From IMG/VR virus record IMGVR_UViG_3300020583_000016: a stretch of 64,000 nucleotides of DNA; one strand, written 5' to 3'. The notes beneath the pieces are model-generated. The model was not told the DNA's origin, did not search any database, and saw only the letters and a list, made by a program, of their open reading frames with translations. Positions 26,474-34,910 of the stretch are shown here, piece after piece (position 1 is the first letter of the stretch; each line of letters opens with the position of its first letter). Position numbers and translations under genes: made by a program. The DNA is from an uncultured virus (IMG/VR IMGVR_UViG_3300020583_000016) (taxonomy: Duplodnaviria; Heunggongvirae; Uroviricota; Caudoviricetes).

Positions 26474-26892
26474 CACTGCTCGAAGCTCTGGCCGATTCGA
26501 TTCAACGTTTCGAGGGCTGGATTCCGCCCGGGATGGATCCGAAGTCTCCGCTAGGTTCAACGTCCTGGCGAAATAGGAATCCTGGGAATCTAAGGCCGAT
26601 TCCCGGTTTGATCGTTCCCACCGATTCCCGCGGTTATCGGGTGTTCCCTTCCCTGGCCGACGGCTGGACCGCGCTCACTAACGACATCAAAGCGAAGTTT
26701 GCGGGCTCGCACAATCTCACCGACGATTCAACCCTGCGCCAGTTCTTCGATATCTACGCGCCGTCGGATGATGACAACGATCCGAACAAGTACGCGCGCC
26801 AGGTCGCAACGTGGCTGTCTCGAGATCTCGCCGTAACCATCGCGCCGGAAACCACACTTGGTTATCTGAAACAAGTCGGGGGCTGGCGGTGA
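26470..26892 (+). CDS. Soluble lysozyme-like (NPGN) protein, endolysin candidate
   Basis: SIQRFEG...RNRNPGNLR...YAPSDDDNDPNKYA; paralogue of 11033..11560. Confidence 0.65.
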   Translation: MTLLEALADSIQRFEGWIPPGMDPKSPLGSTSWRNRNPGNLRPIPGLIVPTDSRGYRVFPSLADGWTALTNDIKAKFAGSHNLTDDSTLRQFFDIYAPSDDDNDPNKYARQVATWLSRDLAVTIAPETTLGYLKQVGGWR

Positions 26893-26959
26893 AAGGCATC
26901 TGGTTCTGTATCGGTCTATCAGCGGGGATGTGCCTTTGCGCGCTGATTCACCTGGCGAT

Positions 26960-27667
26960 CTACGGATGAGTTTCACTCAGTAGCAAGCGCCGCATGTTGG
27001 CAATGCGGTTCGGTGTGATCGGGTGATCGGTCGTTAACTGGCGAAACAAACCTGTGAGTCCAGTCGAGGTATCTCCGGAATACATTTCCAGTCTTCCGAA
27101 TGCGCCGGCCGCGGCATAGGGCGAGTAACCCGCCTGGCGAGCAAGCCAGTAGCCGATTTCGTCCGCACGTTGTTCACAGATCACCTGATTGGTGCGCGTC
27201 ACTTGTGTGCGCTGTCTGCAAGCTTCGTCCACCGTGTGTCCGAGTTCGTGGGCAATGATGAAAGCTAGTTCGTCTTCTTCGCCCATGAACCGAATGAACT
27301 CGTTTGGAATACACACGAGGGCGACTCGATTCCCGCTGGTTGGATCACTGCCGAAAGTGGGTGCTGCAAATGCGTTGATCACGTTGGAACTTGTGACCGC
27401 GATCACAACTCTGACGTTGGGATAACTCGATTTGAAAACTGGCAAAAGACGTTCGGTACTGCGCACGAAAATGGGATCGGCGAGGGTGTCACCCTCTGGC
27501 AATGCATTGCCTTCATTGTCGGTAGCGACCGGATTCGATGCAAAGGAATCAATGCGCGCCATCGGTGCGGCGCTGCATGTTTTCCCGATCGCGCCCACGA
27601 ATGCCTTGTTATCGGTTTGTGCTGCCAGGGGAACGGTGAGAGTGAGAAAAAGCAGAAGCGACTTCAT
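26960..27667 (-). CDS. M48-family Zn metallopeptidase with signal peptide
   Basis: INAFA, ELAFIIAHELGH, EQRADEIG, AGYSP, DHP...RI. Confidence 0.9.
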   Translation of the reverse strand: MKSLLLFLTLTVPLAAQTDNKAFVGAIGKTCSAAPMARIDSFASNPVATDNEGNALPEGDTLADPIFVRSTERLLPVFKSSYPNVRVVIAVTSSNVINAFAAPTFGSDPTSGNRVALVCIPNEFIRFMGEEDELAFIIAHELGHTVDEACRQRTQVTRTNQVICEQRADEIGYWLARQAGYSPYAAAGAFGRLEMYSGDTSTGLTGLFRQLTTDHPITPNRIANMRRLLLSETHP

Positions 27668-27822
27668 GGCGTGAGGATTTTAGGCGCGTGAAGCGATCAC
27701 GGCAAGCGCAAGTGTAACCACCACGTTCGTAACCGCTTGCCTGTGGATGCAAAGAATGTGTGTGGAAAAAGAGGCCATGACCTTTCGTAACTAGCGGCTT
27801 TTCAACGTCTAAGCATTGCCCC

Positions 27823-27850
27823 TTGACTTCGAAAAATTACGCTTTATTAT
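27823..27850 (+). promoter_or_regulatory. Sigma70-type promoter of the RHH gene (probably leaderless)
   Basis: TTGACT-N16-TATTAT with ATG 7 nt downstream; same geometry in copy 2. Confidence 0.55.
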
Positions 27851-27857
27851 GCTTTTC

Positions 27858-28028
27858 ATGACAGCGAAAGCATTTCCGAAGGTTCTGCCCGCGTTTTCGA
27901 TCCGTTGGGACGAATCCGAGTCAAGAATGATTTTGGAGATCCGTAGAAAGACCGGCGTCAAAGCGATCGCAGAAATCGTTCGAATGGCTGTAAAAGCTCT
28001 GGCCGAAAAGAACGGCATCGAAGTCTAG
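27858..28028 (+). CDS. Ribbon-helix-helix-type regulator
   Basis: FSIRW strand followed by two helices (IAEIVRMAVKALA). Confidence 0.65.
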   Translation: MTAKAFPKVLPAFSIRWDESESRMILEIRRKTGVKAIAEIVRMAVKALAEKNGIEV

Positions 28029-28212
28029 TTTTCGTATGAACTTCGCCTCTCCATCCCGCGAATTACTGCAAGGTCCGATAATTCCGCGTCTTGGTATTAT
28101 GTCAAGTTCGCGCCCGCGAACTTTCGTTCTGCTTCCGGTCCAGCCCGATAAGCAGAGGCTTTTCCGAAGCATCTTCCAGCCATACCGCGAACCCCAGAAA
28201 CCCAAGTTTCTC

Positions 28213-28698
28213 ATGTCCCGCACCACTGACAAAAAGTACTCAACTGTTCCATTTTCAGAACAAATTTTAGTTCTGGCCGATGAGTCAAAAAATCTGCTCG
28301 AGACTCCCGTTCCGGTTCCGCCGGGCGTGCGGGAGAGGGTATTGCCGCGTCTGCGCTGTCTCCAACTGGTGTTGGAGCGCTGTCCCAAACGTGTCGTTAT
28401 CTGTGAAGGCTATTCGACTACCTACTACGTTGAAAAGTTGGTTTGCGGGCATGAACTCATCACTTATCCCCAAGCCCATTCCCTGACTGCTCGGCGCCGC
28501 AACTGTGTGGAATGCGTGAGACTGCAGTCCTCCCTCCATCCGGGCGCGCCAGTCGTCTCGGTCGCGGGCGGAACCGCTGAGGGGGCTTCGCGGAGTGTTG
28601 CGGTTCCGCCTTTTGAATTGCCAGAGAAAAAACCTAGCGGGTCTGTTCACTCTGCCACGGAAACGGAGGTGATCACTCGTGAGTCTCAATTGGGGTAA
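28213..28698 (+). CDS. Zn-finger hypothetical protein (start uncertain)
   Basis: EKLVCGH...RRNCVEC shared with copy 2. Confidence 0.55.
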   Translation: MSRTTDKKYSTVPFSEQILVLADESKNLLETPVPVPPGVRERVLPRLRCLQLVLERCPKRVVICEGYSTTYYVEKLVCGHELITYPQAHSLTARRRNCVECVRLQSSLHPGAPVVSVAGGTAEGASRSVAVPPFELPEKKPSGSVHSATETEVITRESQLG

Positions 28699-28852
28699 TC
28701 CTCTAGAACACACCGAAGCTTTCAAACGTGCGTGGAGTGAGTATCAGGAAACGCATCCCGAAGATCTGCGGCCGTTCTATGAACTCGACTCCGTACCGCG
28801 CACGGCAGTCCTCGCGCGGCAACTCGAGATCTATCGCGAACTGGTTTCCTAG
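28679..28852 (+). CDS. 57 aa conserved protein (absent from ORF track)
   Basis: GGAGG RBS with GTG start; differences from 62294..62467 are mostly synonymous in this frame. Confidence 0.75.
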   Translation: MSLNWGNPLEHTEAFKRAWSEYQETHPEDLRPFYELDSVPRTAVLARQLEIYRELVS

Positions 28853-29183
28853 CGGTGGGGCTTCATCGTTGTTCAATCCAAAAAGAAAGGCAAACGTTTC
28901 AGTATGGATCACTCAGAACCGACTCGAATCCCCGCCGGGCTGAATTGGGTTTCGAGTCGGGACTGAGGTTCGTCCTGGGCGCGACTTTGTGTGGTTCTAC
29001 TCATTCTCCCATGACAGCCGAAGAAATCCGCGAATTGGTAACGGAGATGAAAGTTTCGAAAACGGTTATGCGAAATCCAGCACCGTTGCGGGATATTTTG
29101 CTCGCTGAGATCGCAGCGCAGCTAGCCGAACTGAATTTCTTTTTACGCACTTATCCGATCGACGTGAGGAAGGTCGACGACGA

Positions 29184-29546
29184 ATGACCACCTACATCGG
29201 CATGCGGCACGACGGGCGCGCGATCGTGAGTGTGGTCGATGATCGCACTCGCTGTGCTTCCATGCTCGATCCTGGCTATCGGCACGTCACCAGGTCACCG
29301 AACGGTTTTGATTGGGGATACACCGGCGCCGCTCCGTCACAACTCGCATTCGCGATTCTTTTAGACCACTACGGTGCACCTGGGCCGGCGTTGCTGTTCT
29401 ATCAGGATTTCAAGGAAACCGTAGTCGCGTTGTGGAATGCCGACCGGTGGGAACTCACCACCGCGGAAATCGAATCGGCACTGGCAAAAATCCGCATCCT
29501 GCGCTCACGCGCCACGAAGGAACTTGCATGGAAACAATCCACCTAG
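29184..29546 (+). CDS. DUF6166-like protein
   Basis: SPNGFDWGYTGAAPSQLAFAIL motif. Confidence 0.75.
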   Translation: MTTYIGMRHDGRAIVSVVDDRTRCASMLDPGYRHVTRSPNGFDWGYTGAAPSQLAFAILLDHYGAPGPALLFYQDFKETVVALWNADRWELTTAEIESALAKIRILRSRATKELAWKQST

Positions 29547-29974
29547 AGTTAGACGCAGACGAAGCAGGAATCCTGATCTATGCACTTGGGCGCTGTTACA
29601 CGGTTCCCGAGGCCTGGCCGTTAGCACAAAGGGTGATGAAACTCGTCTCACACCCGATGCTGCCAACGGGCGCCGCATCACCACCGCCGCCGGCTGTGGG
29701 GGGATCCACGCCGGCCGCGGTTGCGGCGCCGGCAGAAACGAAGAACGGCACGGGCGAGCTCGCGATTACTCCGATCGAGGTCGAGCAATCGGCCGACGGC
29801 AAAGCGATGGTTGTCACCTACATGATCCGGAGTGGCAGTGTGACGAAAAAGAAAACGGTTCGCTCCTGGGATCCAACGTTGTTCTCTTCCCTGCTCGCAA
29901 GCAAAGGTGAACCGACCACATTCATTGTCAAAGAGTCGAAAGGCTTCCTGAACATCGTCGGAGTGAAACGGTGA
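29528..29974 (+). CDS. Hypothetical protein with possible OB-like C-terminal domain
   Basis: Near-identical to 63202..63651. Confidence 0.7.
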   Translation: METIHLELDADEAGILIYALGRCYTVPEAWPLAQRVMKLVSHPMLPTGAASPPPPAVGGSTPAAVAAPAETKNGTGELAITPIEVEQSADGKAMVVTYMIRSGSVTKKKTVRSWDPTLFSSLLASKGEPTTFIVKESKGFLNIVGVKR

Positions 29975-30335
29975 GTCTTGTTTTGTTCTGTGATCGCTGC
30001 GGTAACGAAAGCATTCGCTATCTGACCGATCTTCGATTACCGAGTGGTTGGGAGATCGTTATTGGCACAACTCTTTGCGACGTGTGCGCGCAAGAACTTC
30101 ATGCATGGTTATCGACCACGGTTCCGCGAGTGGTCAAACCGTGACGTTCCGCCTTTTCCAGTTGCTTGCGCTTTTCACCGCGATTCGTCGCGAGGATCCG
30201 GAACTATGGGAAAGGATTCAAGCTTTTGCACGACACAAGTTCTCTCCTAGCGGGAGAAGCGAAAGGCCGGCGGTGACGGAGGGCGAGCCCTTGAATACCG
30301 GCATCCGGACCGCCGGCCGGCAAAGAGTGAATTAA

Positions 30336-30527
30336 GTGGCGCAACACTTCACACGGAACACGGTAGCGGCACAAGCGTGGTGCTCGAAATGTAATCGGCA
30401 AACGATGCACCGTGTCGACGATCGCCGGATCGGTCCGTGTCTCGAGTGCATGGCCGAACTCGACCGCAAGCACGAAGCGGCAAAGGACGTTCCGAAAGAA
30501 ACTCAGAGCAACTTATTCCAGAAGTGA
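30336..30527 (+). CDS. Small Zn-finger protein
   Basis: CSKC...H...CLEC; homologue begins at ~63940. Confidence 0.65.
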   Translation: MAQHFTRNTVAAQAWCSKCNRQTMHRVDDRRIGPCLECMAELDRKHEAAKDVPKETQSNLFQK

Positions 30528-30761
30528 AAGGGGGAGTCACATGGATCACACGTTAGAGGTTCCGAAGTTCGAAGGCGATATCACGAATCGGTGTGCTGTC
30601 GCGATGGATAGTAAAGGCACCGTGATGTTGATGAACCCTGGCGCATCGATCGCAATGAGCAAAGAGCAAGCGTTAGTGCATGCGGCTTGGCTCGTCGCAA
30701 TCGGCGATCGGTCGGAAAACTTCGAAGAGTTCCGCGCGATCCTGAAAGCGGTGCTCGAGGC

Positions 30762-31043
30762 ATGAGCAGAGTCGTTTGGAAGCACACGCTGCCGCACGGA
30801 TACGATGCGCCGGTTTCAATCGATCTTCCCCGCGGTGCGCGTGTGCTTTCTGTCCAGTTTCAATCCGGCAACCTGGTTCTCTGGGAAGTGCACGAATCTG
30901 ATCAGGTTCTTCTGACGGAAAAACGTCGCTTTATTGTGACCGGTACCGGAATCGACTTTGCCCATCGAGGCGAAGTCCTGATCCATCGCGCAACTATTCA
31001 ACTCGCCGGCCTGGTCTTGCACGTTTTCGAGGTCGAACCATGA
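30762..31043 (+). CDS. Phage hypothetical protein
   Basis: VWKHTL...LPRGARVLSVQ.Q...VTGTG...LVLHVFE pattern typical of small phage proteins. Confidence 0.7.
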   Translation: MSRVVWKHTLPHGYDAPVSIDLPRGARVLSVQFQSGNLVLWEVHESDQVLLTEKRRFIVTGTGIDFAHRGEVLIHRATIQLAGLVLHVFEVEP

Positions 31044-31337
31044 GCGAACCCGAGTCACACGATTACACGATGGTCACGATCGAGATTCCCGCGGAAGTGT
31101 TCGAATTCTTTTCGCGTGCTTCCGGTGGGCAAGGGGAGCAAGCGATTGCAAACGCATTGAAAACCCTGATGGAGATGTTCTCCGTATGAAAGCGAAGTAC
31201 TTGTATCTGGTTATGGCTTGCTTCGGAGTGCCGCTCATCCATGCCGGTGGCAGACTTTACGAACATAGTTACGGTTGGTCGATGGTGCTTACTTTCGCCG
31301 GTTCTATGCTGGTTGGTTGGATTGCAGGAAGGGCTGA

Positions 31338-31766
31338 ATGACCGGTCAACCGTTTCATTTCTCCGTGCCCCTTCTCCCGCCATCGGTGAATCACTACAAG
31401 CAACCGAAACGGGGTGGTGGGTGGTACCGGGCGCGGGAAGCGGTTGCGTTTGTGGATGCGGTCTGTATCTGTTCCGGCAAATGCAAAGTGACGGGAAACT
31501 TCTATGGACTCGAGCTCTGGTTTTTCCTGGGACCTTCGAAACGCAATCTTTCCTCAAATGACGTCGACAACTTTCAAAAAGTGGCAATCGATGCCCTGGT
31601 GCGCGCGACGGTGATCAAAACCGATGGCCGCGTCCTTGACTTGCACGTGCACAAACGATTCGTAGCAACCGACCGCGAGGAGCGGACGGAATACTTCGTA
31701 ACAGGAAGGCAACTCGATGAGAGAGAAGTTTTTCACGAAGGGCAGTTATCTGCTACGGCTGGATGA
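31338..31766 (+). CDS. rusA: RusA-like Holliday junction resolvase
   Basis: PPSVNHY; DVDNFQKVAIDAL...D catalytic motif. Confidence 0.85.
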   Translation: MTGQPFHFSVPLLPPSVNHYKQPKRGGGWYRAREAVAFVDAVCICSGKCKVTGNFYGLELWFFLGPSKRNLSSNDVDNFQKVAIDALVRATVIKTDGRVLDLHVHKRFVATDREERTEYFVTGRQLDEREVFHEGQLSATAG

Positions 31767-32406
31767 CATCCGGCCGCGGGAAGCGAAACCAAACAAACGC
31801 ATTCATCTCAATTGCTCGATGGAACTCACCGAAGACATGATGCAGCACGCACCGACCCGGATCCGGCGCGTATGGGAGATTGTTGCCAACCCGCAACTCG
31901 ACACCTTTCACGTGCCGATTTCTTCCCAACTTAAGGGAATCGAGATCGAACTCTTCCCTTCTGAACCAATTTTGCCGAATGACGTTCCCGTGCTGGTCTG
32001 TATCAAAAACTCAATCCTGCGAGATATCCGCATCGATCGGGAAAAGGTCGATGAAAAGAACTGGACCACTCGCCTTTGTTTCTCGCTCGGCATCTCCTGG
32101 GATTCAAACGTGTGGAAGTGGGGCGAGGATTACGTTTTCATGGAGTGTTACGCGCAGTTCTCACAATCACAGTCGGAACTGTTCGACGACAACCCCGCCG
32201 ATGCCGTAATCGCCACTCCTGAGGCTGAGAGGCTGCGTAACGCCGAAGTCGAGGATTTAGCCGCACAACTCGGTACAAACGCGCCAGAGGTCACCCAAGC
32301 GCCGGGAATCGACCCTCTACGGACCGACACAGAGACTCCGCGACGCCGGCGCAAGAAATTGACAATGCCTTGGAAGGGGAAGTCGGATGCTCAACCCCAC
32401 GCCTGA
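31717..32406 (+). CDS. Hypothetical protein
   Basis: 229 aa ORF in operon context. Confidence 0.7.
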   Translation: MREKFFTKGSYLLRLDDIRPREAKPNKRIHLNCSMELTEDMMQHAPTRIRRVWEIVANPQLDTFHVPISSQLKGIEIELFPSEPILPNDVPVLVCIKNSILRDIRIDREKVDEKNWTTRLCFSLGISWDSNVWKWGEDYVFMECYAQFSQSQSELFDDNPADAVIATPEAERLRNAEVEDLAAQLGTNAPEVTQAPGIDPLRTDTETPRRRRKKLTMPWKGKSDAQPHA

Positions 32407-32635
32407 TTTTCCGTTGGTCCGCTGTGTCTGTTGTAGCAATTGGTTTAATCCGCTCTCAGAGGGAACTTTTGGTGAGTGTTGCAGTCTCGAGTGTTCGATT
32501 ACAGCGCAAAACAGTTACCGGGAATTCGGAGAACTCAGACGTTGTCGGAACTGTCGAAGCGAGTTCGTTGCCTATGAAAAGCATCACCGACTGTGCGGGA
32601 ATTGTTTGCACAGGGGCAAGGCCGTTTGTGCATAA
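32387..32635 (+). CDS. Multi-Cys Zn-finger protein
   Basis: CVCC, CSLEC, CRNC, CGNC. Confidence 0.6.
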   Translation: MLNPTPDFPLVRCVCCSNWFNPLSEGTFGECCSLECSITAQNSYREFGELRRCRNCRSEFVAYEKHHRLCGNCLHRGKAVCA

Positions 32636-32818
32636 AAACGGAGATTTTCACTGCGGGCTGTGTATGCATTTAGTAAGTGGAATCGCGGTCCTGAGTGGCT
32701 TTCGCACATTTCCACAAGCGCCTGCTACTGCTGTTGCTTTTGAATTAGGTTTGTTTTTGATGTTGATTTAGATCTTTGGTTCTTAGTTGAGATTTTCGCG
32801 CGCGCGCGTTCTCTTTCT

Positions 32819-33007
32819 ATGCGACCGGAAGACATGAAATTGTTGAGTGAACTGCTTCGGGAATCGAGCAAGTACCGGTGTCCTGAACGGGTGCGCAGTG
32901 AACTATCAACCTATCCACCGACCGAACTCGGTTTTCAGGTCCTCAAAAACGAATTCGCGCGAGTGAAACGAAACCGCCGACCACAGAAAGCGAAACGTGC
33001 CGCATGA
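32819..33007 (+). CDS. Small basic hypothetical protein
   Basis: Homologue of 22..210. Confidence 0.55.
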   Translation: MRPEDMKLLSELLRESSKYRCPERVRSELSTYPPTELGFQVLKNEFARVKRNRRPQKAKRAA

Positions 33008-33630
33008 AATCTCGCTGCAGCGAGAAAAAGCAGTACTTCCCGAAGCGCCGGCAGAAAGATCCGATCGAGGTTTTCTGGTGCGGGAATCTGTGCACGAAAC
33101 GCGGGGAGAAATGGAGTTTCCCGCCACAAGTGAACCGCTACCTGCGCGAGTACTGCGCCGGCCGATCCACGTTGCACTTGTTCGGAGGTCGGGCAAAGTT
33201 CGGGGTGCGGATGGATATCGATCCACTCACCGAACCCGATCTGATCGCGGATGCGTTCCTGCCTCCGTTCGCGGAATCGAGTTTCGATGTGGTGATTCTA
33301 GATCCACCGTACCCGCCCGTATATGGATCTGGGACCGGATCAGGTCCGACCGCTGCTGATGAATGCTGCCTGGCTCGCGCGCAGGAGGTTATCTGGTTTG
33401 CACCGTGTTGGGTGGATGGCTACCGGTTCCTGCGTCTTGAACGGTCGTACATGGTGCGGGTTGCGCAATACGCGGAACTCCGGGCCCTGCAATTTCTCAG
33501 GCCTTCCATGCCGAAGTGGAAACCGGCAACGCACTTTAGCCGTGGTCCTCAGATTAAATACAACCGCTGGTTAACTCCGAATCGCGTGTTCGCGTTTCCT
33601 CCGCACGCGCCAGGCGAAAATCCGGCATGA
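33004..33630 (+). CDS. Small amino-methyltransferase-like protein (DPPY)
   Basis: LHLFGG, MDID, PDLIADA, FDVVILDPPY. Confidence 0.75.
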   Translation: MKSRCSEKKQYFPKRRQKDPIEVFWCGNLCTKRGEKWSFPPQVNRYLREYCAGRSTLHLFGGRAKFGVRMDIDPLTEPDLIADAFLPPFAESSFDVVILDPPYPPVYGSGTGSGPTAADECCLARAQEVIWFAPCWVDGYRFLRLERSYMVRVAQYAELRALQFLRPSMPKWKPATHFSRGPQIKYNRWLTPNRVFAFPPHAPGENPA

Positions 33631-34085
33631 ATCTCATCGTTACCAACAAGTTTGATCGCGATTGTGCTGCCCTGGCGGATCGGCACTATCCGCGGCGCCG
33701 ACATGGAAACCGTCAATTCATGCCTCCCGGGGAAACGATCGTGATTCGCGATCGCATCGGGGCAATGGTGTTCGGCTGGTCGCGGCAAAGGTTTCGATGG
33801 GACGGTGAGCGCGGTTTCTACTGCTCGATTTTCCGCAACGAATCCGGCCGGCTGTCGAGTGAGGTCATCTTGGAGTGTGAACGGATCGCGGTTCTAACGT
33901 GGGGTCAATCGCGCGCGTTCACTTACATCGATCCGCGTGCAATCTCGAGCTGCAACCCGGGATTTTGCTTCAAGTGTGCCGGTTGGAAGTTTGTCCGGGA
34001 GAATTCGGAAGGTAAGCACGTACTTGAAAAGCTGAGGCTTGAAACCCCATTGAATGCCCTAAGCTTGGGGGCATGCGAGTGGTGA
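33627..34085 (+). CDS. Mom-like (GNAT-fold) DNA-modification protein candidate
   Basis: ADRHY...CSIFRNE...FTYIDP...NPGFCFKCAGW resembles the Mom-family TY.D...G..Y.A.GW signature. Confidence 0.5.
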   Translation: MNLIVTNKFDRDCAALADRHYPRRRHGNRQFMPPGETIVIRDRIGAMVFGWSRQRFRWDGERGFYCSIFRNESGRLSSEVILECERIAVLTWGQSRAFTYIDPRAISSCNPGFCFKCAGWKFVRENSEGKHVLEKLRLETPLNALSLGACEW

Positions 34086-34672
34086 TCTACGCCCGGGTTT
34101 CGACCGCGGATAAGCAGGATCCAGAAATGCAGGTGCGGGAAATGTCGGAATACGCAGAGCGCCGCGGTTGGAAAAACCCCACGGTGTTGATTGACCGGGT
34201 GAGTTCGGGAAAGATCCGGCCGGAACTGGAAACCCTGAAAGCGCTCTGCCGGCGGGGGAAAGTCGATACGGTGGTGGTCTATCGCTTCGATCGGTTCGCG
34301 CGTTCTGCCAAGGAACTGTTAGAAGCGCTCGAAGAGTTCCGGGTGCTCGGAATCGATTTCATTTCTCTGCACGAAAATATTGACACCACCACACCGGTGG
34401 GAAAGCTGGTTTTCACCTTCCTCGCCGGCGTCGCGGAGTTTGAAAAGTCCTTGATTCGGGAACGGGTCATGTCGGGCCTGGCGACGGCGAAAGCGAACGG
34501 GATTCGGCTTGGCCGCCCGCCGCGGAGTAGTGAGGTCCTCGAGCGGATCCGAGCTCTACGGCGCTCCGGTCACTCCTGGCGCCATATTGCCGGCGTGACC
34601 GGGTTGCCGGTGACCACAGTTCGGCGCGCGATGCTCCTCGGTCACAAGCCGGCTAGCGAAAGGGTGCAATGA
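34073..34672 (+). CDS. Small serine recombinase
   Basis: Nine aa differences from 1052..1651. Confidence 0.95.
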   Translation: MRVVIYARVSTADKQDPEMQVREMSEYAERRGWKNPTVLIDRVSSGKIRPELETLKALCRRGKVDTVVVYRFDRFARSAKELLEALEEFRVLGIDFISLHENIDTTTPVGKLVFTFLAGVAEFEKSLIRERVMSGLATAKANGIRLGRPPRSSEVLERIRALRRSGHSWRHIAGVTGLPVTTVRRAMLLGHKPASERVQ

Positions 34673-34910
34673 TGCCGATCGTTGCGGGAATCGTTTGCGG
34701 CATTTGCGGGAAACGGATCGAGCGCAACGACGATGATTCCCACTGGCTCACTCACTCGCTCATCGAACGGAGTCGGTATTGGGTACGCTTGCCGTGGCTG
34801 AGGATTGGACCTTGGGTGCTGAGTTTCGATTCAACCGGCATCGTCCTCATAAATCGGAACAAGGTCGCGGGAAACCGGGTGGTTTGGATCTGGATTTTCA
34901 GGCGGGTGAA

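Larger units (their letters stand above)
1..32797. mobile_element. Virus-like element, copy 1 (probable tailless membrane-containing provirus; boundaries arbitrary or permuted)
   Basis: Sequence at 1-210 recurs at 32798-33007 and the gene order is repeated. Phage-type gene content with no host genes. Confidence 0.85.

Noticed and set aside
28875..28910. c-di-GMP-I riboswitch suggested by AAAGGCAAAC
   Set aside because: The following GNRA-capped stem and downstream conserved elements are not evident; an Rfam search would be needed.
28703..28943. ORF-track calls 28728..28943 (+) and 28703..28912 (-)
   Set aside because: Copy differences are synonymous in another frame (28679..28852), so these are shadow ORFs.
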